In this document: positions 9,502-21,690 of the stretch, in pieces
Numbering within the stretch: position 1 is the first letter of the stretch
Layout: each line of letters opens with the position of its first letter
NCBI GenBank assembly: GCA_963752285.1
Contig: CAVVXN010000005.1
Span: forward strand, 288,001-352,000
Direction: 5' to 3'
DNA length: 64,000 nucleotides
From: an uncultured Planctomycetota bacterium
Lineage (GTDB): Bacteria > Planctomycetota > PLA2 > JAEUHO01
Position numbers and translations under genes: made by a program
The notes under the pieces: model-generated
The model's input: only the letters and a program-made list of their open reading frames with translations
Database searches by the model: none
What the model was told of the DNA's origin: nothing

Positions 9502-10920
9502 ATGGCCGAGGACGTACAGGTCGAGTCCCGTCAGAGCATCGATCGCCAGTCGGCGCGCCAGCTCGCGACCACCACGAAGAGCGTGCCCCAGATGGTGGGG
9601 ATCACGCCGCGGCTCCTGCTGCGCCTCCTCCCCTGGGTGCAGGTCGAGTCGGGCACGTACCGCGTGAACCGCCGCCGCGCGGTCCCGCGCGACAGGGGTC
9701 GGCTGCGCGTCGACGTGACGAACGGGAGCGTCCGGCTCTCGGGCTCGGACCTCCAGAACGTCCCGCTGTTCAGGGACACCGACGGGAGGGTCCTCGACCA
9801 GCTCGCGAAGAAGTTCAAGACCGAGGTGTACAAACCCGGCCAGACGGTCGTCCAGGAGGGCGACGCCGCGGACCGGTTCTTCCTGGTCGCGCAGGGCAAG
9901 GTCGAGGCCTCCACGACGGGGCCGCACGGCGAGCGGCTGCGCCTCGGCGTCCTCGGCGACGGCGACTACTGCGGCGAGATGGCGCTCCTCTGCGACAGCC
10001 CGCGCATGGCCACGCTCACGTGTCTCACGCGCGGCGTGCTCCTCGCGCTGCCGAAGGACGAGTTCCAGGCGCTCCTCGGGAAGGCGCCGCGGCTCCAGGA
10101 CGAGCTCCAGGAGGCCGTCGACCGCCGGCTCCGTCTGCTCCGCGAGGTGAACGAGCACGGCGAGCGGCCGGTGCAGGTCGCGGCGAGCCACGACGGCGAG
10201 CCCGACGTGCCCGAGGTGATGCTCGACTACGAGACGGAGCCGCGCGAGTACCCGCTCTTCAGCGCGCAGACGATCGTCCGCGTCCACACGCGCGTCTCCG
10301 ACATCTTCAACCAGCCGATCAACCAGCTCCGCGAGCAGATCCGGCTCGCCATCGAGGGGCTGAAGGAACGGCAGGAGTGGGAGATGGTGAACAACGCGGA
10401 CTTCGGCCTGCTCCACCAGGCCGACCCGCTCATGCGGATCCCGACCCGCAAGGGGCCGCCCACGCCCGACGACCTCGACGAGCTGATCTCGCGCGTGTGG
10501 AAGAAGCCGGCGTACTTCCTGGCCCACCCGCGGGCCATCGCGGCGTTCGGGCGCGAGTGCACGCGGCGCGGCGTCCCGCCGGCGACCGTCAACGTGTTCG
10601 GGAGCCCCTTCCTCACGTGGCGCGGCATCCCGCTCTTTCCCTGCGACAAGGTCGAGGTGAAGAACGACGAGCGCGGCGCGGGCGAGACGAGCATGCTCCT
10701 GATGCGCGTCGGCGAGCAGGAGCAGGGCGTCGTCGGCCTCCACCAGACGGGCATCCCCGGCGAGCAGATGCCGAGCCTCTCCGTCCGCTTCATGGGCATC
10801 AACCAGCGGTCGGTCGCCTCGTACCTGGTCACGAACTACTACTCGGTCGCGGTGCTCACGCCGGACGCGCTGGGCGTGCTCGAAGGCGTCCAGGTGGGGC
10901 ACTACCATGAGTACGCGTAG
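9502..10920 (+). CDS. Family 2B encapsulin shell protein with inserted cyclic-nucleotide-binding domain
   Basis: SrpI/MMPI-type motifs [46 protein letters not shown] and LSVRFMGI; internal cNMP domain (VVQEGDAAD...[11 protein letters not shown]...PRMAT). Confidence 0.92.
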   Translation: MAEDVQVESRQSIDRQSARQLATTTKSVPQMVGITPRLLLRLLPWVQVESGTYRVNRRRAVPRDRGRLRVDVTNGSVRLSGSDLQNVPLFRDTDGRVLDQLAKKFKTEVYKPGQTVVQEGDAADRFFLVAQGKVEASTTGPHGERLRLGVLGDGDYCGEMALLCDSPRMATLTCLTRGVLLALPKDEFQALLGKAPRLQDELQEAVDRRLRLLREVNEHGERPVQVAASHDGEPDVPEVMLDYETEPREYPLFSAQTIVRVHTRVSDIFNQPINQLREQIRLAIEGLKERQEWEMVNNADFGLLHQADPLMRIPTRKGPPTPDDLDELISRVWKKPAYFLAHPRAIAAFGRECTRRGVPPATVNVFGSPFLTWRGIPLFPCDKVEVKNDERGAGETSMLLMRVGEQEQGVVGLHQTGIPGEQMPSLSVRFMGINQRSVASYLVTNYYSVAVLTPDALGVLEGVQVGHYHEYA

Positions 10921-13198
10921 CGGCGCGAACGACCCCTCCGCCTGGGGGACGCTCGAGCCCCTCTTCCTGCCCGCTCCCTCGAGGAACGGCGCGGCGCCGA
11001 CGACCGGGCCCGCGGTGCCGTCCCCGCTCGGGAGCGCCGAGGGCGAGGCGAAGCCCGCGGTCCCGGCCGCGGGCGGCGGGGACCCGCGCGGACTGCCGCC
11101 GCAAGCTCTCGCCGTGGCGATCGGATCGGTTCCCGGCGGCACGGGCGCGCCCGGCTACTACTTCCTCCCGCTCCCCGGCGCGGCGTCGCTCCAGACGCCG
11201 GGCGACCTGTCCGCGGGCGTGCTCCCCTCGGCGCCGAGCGTCGTGCTCTGGCCCGAGACCGCGCCGCCCCCGACGCCGACGCCCACCGCCGAGGCGCCGG
11301 CGCCCGTGTCGCCCGCGACCGGCGCCGCCGATCCGTACGCGGACTCGGCCGTCTACTTCGGTGGACCGCGCGGGGCCCCGCCGGCGTCGGCACACCGGGC
11401 GCCGTCGGCCGAGGCTCCGGGCGGGCCGACCGCGCCCGTCGCGACGCCGTCGTCCCGGGGCACGACGTCCGTCGCGCCGCCCTCCGAGGTCTGGGGCGCG
11501 CCCGCGGCGCCGATCGCCGCGCCCTTCCTCCCGTCGCCCGACGCCGACCTCGACGTCTCCGGGGAGGACCACGACGGAGCGGGGGTCGATCCGCGCGGCG
11601 CCGCGCCGTCGGTCGCCCCGCCCGCACGCTCCGATGCCGGCGCCCTCGACGGACACGACCTCCCACCCGGCGTCCCGCCGCCCGCGAGCGCCGAGGACGC
11701 CGCGGCGCTCCGGCTCGCGCTCGACCTCCAGCGGCGGATCGACGGGCCGAGCGCGGCGCTCCAGGGCGAGCCGATCCGCCATGGCGAGCGCCTCGGCGCG
11801 GTACCGCACCTCCCGACGAGCGACGCGGGGATCCGCCGCCTCGTCTCGTCCGCATTCGGCCTCACGCCGCCGGAGGCGGCGACGGACGCGCCCGACGCGC
11901 CCGCCGTGCCCGGTCACGGGACGGCCCAAGACCTCTACTTCCTGCCCGCCGTGCCGCGCGTCGCCGCGCCGTCGGCGGACGGGTTCGACGTGAACGCCGT
12001 CCGCCGCGACTTCCCCGTGCTCCAGCAGAGGGTGCACGGGAAGCCGCTCGTCTGGTTCGACAACGCGGCCACCACGCAGAAGCCCCAGGCCGTCATCGAC
12101 GCGGTGTCCCGCTACTACGAGCAGGACAACTCGAACATCCACCGCGGGGCGCACGCGCTCGCGGCCCGCTCGACGGAGGCGTACGAGAATGCGCGGTCCA
12201 CGGTGCGCCGGTACCTCGGCGCGTCGCTGCCCGAGGAGATCGTGTTCGTCCGCGGTACGACGGAGGCGATCAACCTCGTCGCGAAGTCGTGGGGGCGGAA
12301 GAACGTCGGCCAGGGCGACGAGATCGTCCTGACGCAGCTCGAGCACCACGCGAACATCGTCCCGTGGCAGATGCTCGCGCAGCGCACGGGCGCGGTGCTC
12401 AAGGTCGTGCCCGTGACGGACCGCGGCGAGGTGATCCTCGAGGCGTACACGCGCCTCTTGGGCCCCCGCACGCGGCTGGTGGGGGTGACGCAGGTCTCGA
12501 ACGCACTCGGCACGGTGGTCCCCGTGAAGGAGATGGCGGTCCTCGCGCACCGGCACGGGGTGCCGATCCTCGTGGACGGCGCGCAGTCGATCCCGCACCT
12601 CCGGGTAAACGTCCAGGACCTCGACGCCGACTTCTTCGTGTTCTCGGGGCACAAGATCTTCGCGCCCATGGGCATCGGCGTGCTCTACGCGAAGAAGGAG
12701 CACCTCGAGACGATGCCGCCCTGGCAGGGCGGCGGCAGCATGATCCGGGACGTCACGTTCGAGCGGACGACCTACTCCGACCCGCCGGCGAAGTTCGAGG
12801 CGGGGACGCCGTCCGTCGCGGACGCGGTCGGCCTCGGCGCGGCGCTCGAGTACCTGGAGCGCCTCGGGATCGAGAACCTGGTCCGCTACGAGGACGAGCT
12901 GCTCCACTACGCGACGGAGTGCGTCGGCTCGATCCCCGGGATCCGCCTGATCGGGACGGCGGCGCACAAGGTGAGCGTGCTCTCGCTCCTGGTCGAGGGC
13001 GCGCGCGTGGAGGACGTCGGCCGGTACCTCGACGGCGAGGGGATCGCGGTCCGCGCGGGCCACCACTGCGCGCAGCCGACGATGCAGCGCTTCGGCATCT
13101 CGGGCACGGTCCGTCCGTCGCTCGCCTTCTACAACACGAAGGCCGAGGTCGACCGTCTGGCGACCGCGCTGCGCCGCTTCCGCCCCGGCCCCTCCTGA
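10907..13198 (+). CDS. sufS: SufS-type cysteine desulfurase with ~350-aa disordered N-terminal extension (encapsulin cargo)
   Basis: [30 protein letters not shown] and RAGHHCAQP; Pro/Ala-rich N-terminus; overlaps the encapsulin stop. Confidence 0.92.
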   Translation: MSTRSGANDPSAWGTLEPLFLPAPSRNGAAPTTGPAVPSPLGSAEGEAKPAVPAAGGGDPRGLPPQALAVAIGSVPGGTGAPGYYFLPLPGAASLQTPGDLSAGVLPSAPSVVLWPETAPPPTPTPTAEAPAPVSPATGAADPYADSAVYFGGPRGAPPASAHRAPSAEAPGGPTAPVATPSSRGTTSVAPPSEVWGAPAAPIAAPFLPSPDADLDVSGEDHDGAGVDPRGAAPSVAPPARSDAGALDGHDLPPGVPPPASAEDAAALRLALDLQRRIDGPSAALQGEPIRHGERLGAVPHLPTSDAGIRRLVSSAFGLTPPEAATDAPDAPAVPGHGTAQDLYFLPAVPRVAAPSADGFDVNAVRRDFPVLQQRVHGKPLVWFDNAATTQKPQAVIDAVSRYYEQDNSNIHRGAHALAARSTEAYENARSTVRRYLGASLPEEIVFVRGTTEAINLVAKSWGRKNVGQGDEIVLTQLEHHANIVPWQMLAQRTGAVLKVVPVTDRGEVILEAYTRLLGPRTRLVGVTQVSNALGTVVPVKEMAVLAHRHGVPILVDGAQSIPHLRVNVQDLDADFFVFSGHKIFAPMGIGVLYAKKEHLETMPPWQGGGSMIRDVTFERTTYSDPPAKFEAGTPSVADAVGLGAALEYLERLGIENLVRYEDELLHYATECVGSIPGIRLIGTAAHKVSVLSLLVEGARVEDVGRYLDGEGIAVRAGHHCAQPTMQRFGISGTVRPSLAFYNTKAEVDRLATALRRFRPGPS

Positions 13199-13229
13199 GG
13201 GGCACGTCGGGTCGCGGCCGCGCCAGGCG

Positions 13230-14926
13230 CGGTGAGGGGCGGCGGCCGAGCCGGGTCGGAAAGCCCCGGCCGTGACCGCCTCGTCGCTCGCCGCGGTCTC
13301 TCTCCGTGGGCGTCACGCGAGAGAGCGTCGGCCGGCCGGGGGCACGGGCGGCCCCGCCGCCGACGAGGGTCTACCGGCCGCGTCACCCGGAGCGCACCGC
13401 CCTCTACCAGGTGCTCGAGGCACGCTTCGAGGACTACCGGCGGGCGTACCCCGACCGCTTCGAGCCCGAGGCGGGCCCTTGGCGGAAGGAGATCGAGGAG
13501 GCGGTCTACGCGTACCTGGACTGCGGCCGCCTTCACGGGGGCTTTGCCCGCATTAGGTGCCCGAGGTGCGGCGCGGAGCACCTGCTCGCCTTCTCGTGCC
13601 GGACGAGGAACCTGTGTCCGTCGTGCCCGTCGAAGCGCTCGTGGGTCTTCGCGGAGTGGCTGGGGCGAGAGGTGCTGCTGGAGGTCGCGCACCGGCACGT
13701 GGTGTTCACGGTGCCCAAGCGGCTCCGGGGCCTGGTCGCGCGAGACCGGGCGCTCCACGGGGTGATGGCGCGGGCCGCCTGGGAGGTGCTCCGCGAGAGC
13801 CTCTCCGAAGCCGCCTCCGAACGAGAGGGCGCTCCGGGGGCGGTGATCTCGCTCCAGACGTTCGGGTCGTTCGGCGCGAACTTCCATCCCCACCTGCACG
13901 CGATCGTGACGGAGGGGGTGTTCACGAAGGACGGCCGGTTCCATCCCGTGATCTGGCCGACGCCGGCGCGCCTGGAGATGCGGTTTCGCCTACGTTTCCT
14001 GGGGGCGCTGGTGGAGGGGGGGCGGCTGCGGGCCGAGACGCGGTCGCGGTTCCTCGCCTGGTCGAGGTCGGGGTTCTCGGTGGACGCGACGCACCGGGTG
14101 GCGGCCGGCGAACGGGAGCGGGCCGAGCGGCTGGCGCGCTACGCGACGCGGGTGGTGCTGGCGACGGGGAAGGTGAGGCGGCTCGAGGGGGGCCGGGTGC
14201 GGGTCGAGACCCCCCCCGACCCGTGGACGGGTCGGACGTGGCTCGAGCTGGACGAGCTCGAGCTCGTCCACGCAGTGTGCCAGCAGGTGCCGTCCCGGGG
14301 GCGGCACCTCGTCCACTACTACGGGGTGTACGCGAACCGGCTTCGCCGGGCGTTCCGGGCGGCGCGAGCGGCGCGGGCGGGGGAGGAGGCGCCGACGGGT
14401 GGGGGGGCAAAGGGCCGGACGCCGGTCAAGCGGGGTCCGGAGGAGCGGGCCCCGGAGGCGTCGTCCGGGCCGACGTCGAGAGCCGCGTCCCTCAAGCGAC
14501 AGGCGTGGGCGCGGCTCCTGAGGAAGGTGTTCGAGGTGGACCCGCTGCTCTGTCCGCGTTGCCAGGAGACGATGGAGAAAGTGGCGTTGATCCTCGACCC
14601 GAAGACGGTGGAGCGAATCCTCAGCCATCGGCGCGAGCGAGGGCTCGAGTCGGCGTTCGAGGGGCCGCCCGCGAGGGCGCCGCCGGCGGCGCAGGGCGAA
14701 CGAAGAGACTTCGGGAGGAGGAGGGGGGCCGTCGTGTAGAGGCGGGCGGGAGCGGTACGTCCCCGTTGGCCGCCCCGGGCCTTGCGAGAGGGACCCAGAG
14801 TGCCGCGAATCCGGGCATGGGCCCGTACGGCGCAGATCCCGAGCGCGAGGAGGTGCGAAGCGGTCGACACAACCCTTGCGCGACCACGCGACGCCGCCCA
14901 CGACGAGGATTCAATGTCCTATGCGT
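13230..14926 (+). mobile_element. Full-length ISCR-like element (copy 1); ori end ...GAGGATTCAATGTCCTATGCGT; left end not defined
   Basis: Right end defined by where the repeated copies diverge; resembles the ISCR oriIS-type ending TCCTAT-purine-C. Confidence 0.8.
13306..14739 (+). CDS. ISCR/IS91-family rolling-circle (HUH) transposase, full length
   Basis: Zn domain C-x2-C...FSCRTRNLCPSC, HRHVVFTVPKRLR, HUH motif HPHLH, SGFSV, single-Tyr RLARYATR, and C-terminal WARLLRKVFEVDPLLCPRC...ARAPP. Confidence 0.92.
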   Translation: MGVTRESVGRPGARAAPPPTRVYRPRHPERTALYQVLEARFEDYRRAYPDRFEPEAGPWRKEIEEAVYAYLDCGRLHGGFARIRCPRCGAEHLLAFSCRTRNLCPSCPSKRSWVFAEWLGREVLLEVAHRHVVFTVPKRLRGLVARDRALHGVMARAAWEVLRESLSEAASEREGAPGAVISLQTFGSFGANFHPHLHAIVTEGVFTKDGRFHPVIWPTPARLEMRFRLRFLGALVEGGRLRAETRSRFLAWSRSGFSVDATHRVAAGERERAERLARYATRVVLATGKVRRLEGGRVRVETPPDPWTGRTWLELDELELVHAVCQQVPSRGRHLVHYYGVYANRLRRAFRAARAARAGEEAPTGGGAKGRTPVKRGPEERAPEASSGPTSRAASLKRQAWARLLRKVFEVDPLLCPRCQETMEKVALILDPKTVERILSHRRERGLESAFEGPPARAPPAAQGERRDFGRRRGAVV

Positions 14927-15348
14927 CTGGGCGCGTGGAAGCCACCCCCGCCGCGCCATCCCCCCGCGAGAGGTCCGCCTCCCCGGCCCAAGCCGGTCCG
15001 CGCCGCTGAGATTCGAACGCCATGGACCCCCCCCTCCGGGATCGGTCGCTTCGCGGGACCGCCCCCGGCCGCCTCATTTCGGGTGGATCGGCGCGTGGAC
15101 CGGGCGCCCGGTCGCCCCCATTTCGCGGGGGGAGAAAGGGGTCCGCTCGGACGGATAACGAGACGCAATGCACCTCATCAGCGGATTTGATACGGGATTC
15201 GGACCCCCAGCGGGAAATCCCCCCATGGAAGTACGGGTCGGCTCCCCACCGGGTGGTGCGGGAACGGGGCTCGGTACTGGAGTTGGGCCTGGGTCGTGGC
15301 CTCGCGCGGCCATGACCCGGGTCGCCATGAGAAGGAGAGGAGTACACC

Positions 15349-18300
15349 GTGGCCAAGGTCGTCCGTGTGGCGGGTCGGGCTCTCTGGATCGTTCTGCCGC
15401 TGCTGGCCGTGGGGATCTTCCTGGCGTTCCCCCCGGGCACCGCCCGGGCGAGTTACACGAATCCGTACTGGTCGAGCTCCTCTCCCTCCCCCGAGTGCGG
15501 GTGCAGCGGGTGCGGCTGCGCCCGGCCGCCCGAGTGGTCGCCCGAGGGCGTGTCGTACCGAACGGGAGAGGCACGAATCGGCTTCTTCCTCTTCGACACG
15601 CCCGGGATGGTGGGCCGGCACGACTTCGCGCTCACCTGGCGATCCATGACCAGCGGGGCCACACAGTTCGGAAACGGGATGCTGTTCAACCTCGAGCGCA
15701 CACTCGAGATCACACTCGGGGAGACCATCGTCTATGACCGCTGGCCGAGCGGACGGATCGTCACGTGGTACCTGGACGCCGGCACCTACGTGACGTCGGA
15801 CTGCAGCGTTCACGACACCCTCGAGAAGAACGGCAGCGGGTACTTCGAGATCCACGGCAAGTACAAGGACGTGTGGACGTTCGACGCGAACGGGATGCCG
15901 AGCACCTACGCGGATCGAAACGGGAACGCGCTCACCTTCACCTACAGCACGTATCAACTGACCGGCATCACGGACGACCGGGGGAAGTCCTACACCTTCC
16001 ATCACGACGGCAGCGGGTTCGTCGACTACATCACCGACCCCACGAGCCGGACCTGGAACTTCTCGTACTCGTCTGGGAACCTCGTGGGCATCACCACGCC
16101 GCACACGCCCGACCAGACGAGTGGGATCACGACGACGATCTCCTACGACGGCTCGGACCGCATCGACGCGATCGAAGACGGGAACGAGAACACCGTCTAC
16201 GAGTACGCCTACGTCACGGGGACCGAGAAGATCGACCACGTCACGATCGACGGGGACGACCCGAGCTACGCCTACTACACCGGACGTACCGACGTGACCG
16301 ACCGGCTCGGGAACCTCTGGCGCTACTACTACTCGGGCGCCAACATCACGAAGACCTGCATGTACGTGGACTCGGAAGAGCAGTACGTCACGAACTACAC
16401 CTACAACGGCGACGACCTGATCACCGTCGTCTACCCCCGCGGGAACCGCCTGGACCTCACCTACGACGGGGACTCGAACATCACCGAGCGCCGCCGGAAG
16501 ACGACCGACACCGCGAGCACGAGCGGTACGGACATCGTGGAGAGCTACGCGTACAGCCACAACTTCCTGACCTCGTACACGGACGCCCTCGGAAACGAGA
16601 CCACGTACACGCGAGACACCCCGGGGAACCTGACGCGGATCGACTTCCCGGACGTCACGGACCCGTCCTCCCAGTCCGCCTACAAGACTTGGACGTACAA
16701 CGGCTACGGGCAGGTCACCGCGGCGACCGACGAGGAGGGGACGGAGGTCGACTACTCCTACTTCTCCTCAGGTGACTACGTCGGACTGCTCCACACCGTG
16801 GAGGTGGACCCGAGCGGATTGGACCTGACCACCACCTACGCCTATGACTCGTATCGAAACGTCTCCTCGGTCACCGACCCCAACGGGAACGCCACGACGA
16901 CCACCTGGGACGCGCTACGTCGAAGGACCGAGGTCGACGCGCCCTACCCGCTCTCCTACCAGACGAAGTACAAGTACGACGGGATGGGGAACCTCGTCCA
17001 GGCGGACGTCCAGAACGTCGACAAGGACGGGAACGTCAGCGGGTCGAACCCCTGGTTCACGACGACCTACACGTACACGGCCACGAACCACGTCGCGACG
17101 ATCACCGAGGAGATCGACGCGAGTACGACCCGCACGACCACCGTCGAGTACGACGCGAACGAGAACCGGATCCGCGTGACCAAGCCCGAGGGGAACAAGG
17201 AGAAGTGGGTCTACGACGAGCGAGACCTCGTCTACCAGCACATCCGAGGCGAGACCGACGAAGAGGCCTCGACGGAGACGTTCGCATACGACGACAACGG
17301 GAACCTCGTCACGAGGACCGACGGCCGCTCGCACAGCACGACCTACACGTACGACCTCTTCGACCGGCGGACCCGGACCACGAACGCCCTCTCGCACTAC
17401 GAGACGACCGACTACGACAAGGCCGGGCACGTCACGAAGATCGAGCGGCGGGACTCGGGGGACACCCTGCTCGAGCGCCGCGAGTTCGCCTACGACGAGC
17501 GGGGGCGGCTCTTCGAGGTGACCGACCTCTACAAGGACCCCGGGACGACCTACGACGACGCCGTGACCACGATCGAGCGGCGGAAGACCGGCCAGGTCCT
17601 GGTCGTGACGAACGCGAGGGGGAAGGACACGACCTACGACTTCGACGACGCCGGGCGGATGGTGTCGGTGACGGACGCCATGGGGAACGAGACCGCCTGG
17701 ACCCTGGACGACGCTGGGAACCGGACGGACTGGTCGGTCACGGAGATCGACGGCGAGTCGAGCGTGACGCACCAGTACGAGGCGACGTACGATGTGCTGA
17801 ACCGCATGGCCACCCGGACCGAGATCGACCGCCTGGACGGGGAGCACGAGCTCGACGACGACCTACGGGCGCGACAGCCGGTCGAACCTCGTGTGGATGG
17901 TGAACGCCGAGGGGAACCCGACGCGCTTCACCTTCGACGGCCTGGGCCGGATGACCAAGAAGGAGGTCGCGCTCTCCTACGGCGACCCGATCGAGACGTT
18001 CACGAGCGCGATCGTCACGCAGTGGGGGTTCGACGACAATGACCGGCTCGTGTCCTTCAAGGACGACGCGAGCCACGAGACGACCTGGACGTACGACGCG
18101 CTCGACCGCGCCGCGACGATGACCTACCCGGACTCGACCTACATCACGTACACGCACGACGCGACAGACGACGTGGTCGAGACGGTCGACGCGGCCGGGA
18201 ACGACATCGAGGACACGTTCGACAACCTGAACCGGATGACGGCTCGGAACATCACGCGGGCGGGCTCGTTCATCGGGACGACCTCGGAGTCCTACTCCTA

Positions 18301-20331
18301 CGACGCGTTGAATCGCCTGACGGAGGCCGAGAACAACGACTACACGGTGGACTTCACGTACGGGGTCCGGGGGCTCGACTCGACCGTCTACACGGAGGCC
18401 CAGGAGTACGCATCGGGGACGGCGTACACGAAGACCGTGACGAGCACGTACGACGCGGTCGGGAATCTGAAGTCGCTCGACCTACCCCTCCGGCCTCGCG
18501 CTTGCCGAGAGCTACAACGACGTCGGCGCCCTCTCCTCGATCTCGGACGGGACGAACACGATCGCCTCGTTCACCTACATCGGGACGCGGCCGAAGGTGA
18601 CGACGTTCCAGAACGGCACGACCCAGACGAACACGCTACGGCGGGTTCCGGGAGGAGGTCACGAGCATCGACCACGAGACGTCGAGCCCCTCGACGATCG
18701 TCAGGCTCGACTACGCCTACAACGACGTCCACGACCGGATCTACGAGCGGTACGGCAGCTCGGGCTCGTCCGGGGACGCCTTCGAGTACGACAAGGCGCG
18801 GCGTCTCACGGTCGCCTGGATGGGCTCGGCCTCGCCGGACAGCCCGAGCGGGGCGGCCTACACCAAGAAGATCGAGTACAACTACGACGACGACGGGAAC
18901 AGGACTTCCGTCGTGGTGACCCCGTACGGGCAGTCTCCGGCGACGACCAGCTACAGCACCAACACGCTGAACCAGTACACCGCCGTGGGTGGGGTCAGCC
19001 ACAGCTGGGACGGCAACGGAAACCTCTCGGACGACGGGACCTTGACGTACGAGTACAACTACCGTAATGAGATCTGCCGGGTCAAGAACGGCGGCACGAC
19101 GGTGGCGACCTACAAGTACGACGCGCTGGGCCGACGGGTGGAGAAGGCCGTGACGGGCGGCGTCACCGAGCGCTACGTCTACGCGGGCGTCGAGACGATC
19201 GCGACCTACGACGGCTCGAACACCTGGAAGCAGGACTTCGTGTTCGGCCAGGGGATCGACAACGTCCTGATGCTCGAGCAGGCGGACGTGCTCGACTTCG
19301 ACGCGGACCAGAACACGAGCGAGACGACGCGGTCCTTCTACCACAAGAACGCGCTCGGCTCCGTGATGGCGATCACGGACATGAGCGAGGCGACGGCGGT
19401 GTCGTACCGCTACGATCCGTACGGGACCGTCACGATCACGCGGGGCGGGCAGACGCAGTCGACCGATCCACTCGGGCAGCACTGGGGCTATGCGGGTCGT
19501 TACTACGATGAAGAAACCGGCGGGGTCTATTCCCGGGCGCGAGAATATGGACCTAACCTAGGGCGCTTTGGGCAACGAGACCCGCTGAGGGCAGCAAGCC
19601 TCAAGAATTCGTATTGCTACGGAAGCAATTCGCCAGTATCTCGGTGCGACCCAACCGGGCTGGTCGACGGCCCTGACCACAGGCCAATGCCAGGAACGGA
19701 CCCCGGCAACCCGCCCAGCATACCTCCGTCCGATCCAACGATACCCAACGATCCCGCGGGTTTGCCCGATACCCATTTCCGCGCGCGAAACGATCCAAGA
19801 GTCAAGGTCGGAGGGGCCAAGATCACGGACTTGCTGGGTAACGAGGGCTTCTGTCTCGCGGCGCTTGGGCCGGCCGGTCGTCGCCTAGCATGGGTGCAAT
19901 ACTACAAGTGGGACCTTCTATGGGAGATCATTGGGGAGAACGCGACATCTGTTCCGACGGGCATGCCGGGGCCGCAGAATGATCCTCCGGGGAATTCGGG
20001 CCTCTACCCCAAGCAGAATGGAGCCGGCACACACGCAGTTGGTTTGGGTGACGCGCCGGGCTGGAACATCGGAGGCGAGCCGGCGGCTTGGGCTGCAATG
20101 GTGGCGCATCCGGACATCTTCCTCGAAACAGTGTTCCGGGAGGCAGGCATTTCCCCGGCTCCACCAAGCGGTGTGATTTATGCCGTTTCGACTCTGGACC
20201 TGCGATCCTTTCTGATCGACCTTCAGACCGGACGCGTCCTCGAGAGGGTGCGCACAGTAAAGACGTACATATACAATCTCTTCGGGGATCCTCAATTGAC
20301 CCAGCACGTCCAGGGTCCGGCGCAGTTCTAG
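15349..20331 (+). CDS. Rhs/YD-repeat polymorphic toxin with N-terminal signal peptide; about 3 frameshifts (~17855, ~18485, ~18635)
   Basis: YD repeats across several consecutive frames; Rhs core (HKNALGSV, YDPYG, GRYYDEETG, REYGPNLGRFGQRDP); SPVSRCDPTGL cleavage motif, then a lower-GC C-terminal domain. Confidence 0.9.
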
Positions 20332-20348
20332 TGCGTGAGGTGGCGGGC

Positions 20349-21497
20349 ATGAGCTGGCGAGCATCCGCTCTCCTTGTGCTACTGCTTTCGGTCGACAGTA
20401 CTCTACCCCAGTCGACTGCACGCGGAGCAGGCAACAACCGCCTGTCCGATATCGTCGAGATGGTTGACGACCACTTCTTCTTGATGAAGCCAGATAAGAC
20501 AAGATGGGCCCTGGTCTACTCGGAGCAACGATCGTGCAGAGATGGCTTCCTGGGGGGCCTGGGGATCAGGACACACGAAGCGCAGGGTCGGGATGAGGTC
20601 AGGACCTTCGATTGGCGAGAGTTGCGATTTGAGAAGTCCGATGGGTGGGTTGAGGTCGGAGTAGAGGGGATCTTGAGGCGCAGGGTGGTCGAATTGCGGG
20701 GGCAGACAGATGGCGGCAGTGTCGGCAAGATACTGCGGATCCAGCGCGCCAGGATGCCGGACAGGGCATCCCCCGAGCTGGAGGTGGTCCTGCTGCGTGG
20801 TTGCATCGCATGGTTCACTAGACACGCACACGACCAGCGCCGACGGCGCGCGGCCGTGCTTGGCGAAATCGCTGACAGTCTCGATGTCATCGCGGCAGCA
20901 TGCCCCGCGGAGAGGTCGACCCTCCTTGCGGGCCAGCTGGGTGATCTCTGGGCGACAAGCGCGGTGCTTGACTACGCGAGTGAATTGTCCGTGCGTGGAG
21001 GGGTTGGGCAGCGACTGCATTGGTACGTCACAAGTGGCCTTGTGGGTAGTTATGGTCCAGAGGTAAGGAGCCTGGTGGAGAACTGGCCCAGTGAGGTTGA
21101 GTTGGCCGACGCCGGGGGCAGCACGGAGGACCTGGTTAGGTCGCTTTGGAGCCAACATGGATGGTCGGCCGTTACACCAGGGTGGCCGGACGTGTTCCTG
21201 GACGAGCGTCCTGAGAGCCCTGCTATGCGGATCCTGAGGAGGGGGGAAGCAGTACTACCCACTCTGCTTGATTCTCTCAGCAACGCTACTCCGACGCGCA
21301 CCCTAGCACGAGACGCGTACCCTGGTGGGCTGCCAGCGCTCCTGCGAATCGGCGATGTTGTCGGGCAGGTGCTGGAGAAGTTGCTGGATCAACGGCTACC
21401 TCGCCGGAGCCTCGCGGATGAGGGTCTGGAAGCCTGGGCGCGTCGCGTGCGGCGCGCCATTGGATCTCGTGGTGCGCGGCCGAAGCCAGGCGGCTGA
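20349..21497 (+). CDS. Putative cognate immunity or secreted helical protein downstream of the Rhs tip
   Basis: Directly follows the toxin stop, same lower GC, signal-peptide-like start, HEAT-like C-terminus. Confidence 0.55.
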   Translation: MSWRASALLVLLLSVDSTLPQSTARGAGNNRLSDIVEMVDDHFFLMKPDKTRWALVYSEQRSCRDGFLGGLGIRTHEAQGRDEVRTFDWRELRFEKSDGWVEVGVEGILRRRVVELRGQTDGGSVGKILRIQRARMPDRASPELEVVLLRGCIAWFTRHAHDQRRRRAAVLGEIADSLDVIAAACPAERSTLLAGQLGDLWATSAVLDYASELSVRGGVGQRLHWYVTSGLVGSYGPEVRSLVENWPSEVELADAGGSTEDLVRSLWSQHGWSAVTPGWPDVFLDERPESPAMRILRRGEAVLPTLLDSLSNATPTRTLARDAYPGGLPALLRIGDVVGQVLEKLLDQRLPRRSLADEGLEAWARRVRRAIGSRGARPKPGG

Positions 21498-21508
21498 GCA
21501 AGTGTAAC

Positions 21509-21690
21509 GTATCCGTCCCGTCAACCCAGGTAGCGGCACATTGGCCCGCGCCGGACGTCAGCCCGTATCGGGTGCAGCCCGACCGCGGGCCTCCCGCCAT
21601 CCCCGCTGCGTGAGCTTGTGCATGCGCTCCGCGGGGTTGTCGCGGAGCCACCGGGCGGAGACGTGCGCCCTCACGTAGAGGCCCATGAAA
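21509..21690 (-). mobile_element. IS66 right-end remnant (TIR plus tnpC C-terminus)
   Basis: GTATCCGTCCCGTCAACCCAGGTAG matches the right TIR of the IS66 ending at 40422; encodes ...PAERMHKLTQRGWREARGRAAPDTG*. Confidence 0.85.

Noticed and set aside
80..13275. Many long overlapping Arg/Pro/Gly-rich ORFs in the six-frame track
   Set aside because: Shadow ORFs of high-GC DNA, antisense or off-frame to well-supported genes.
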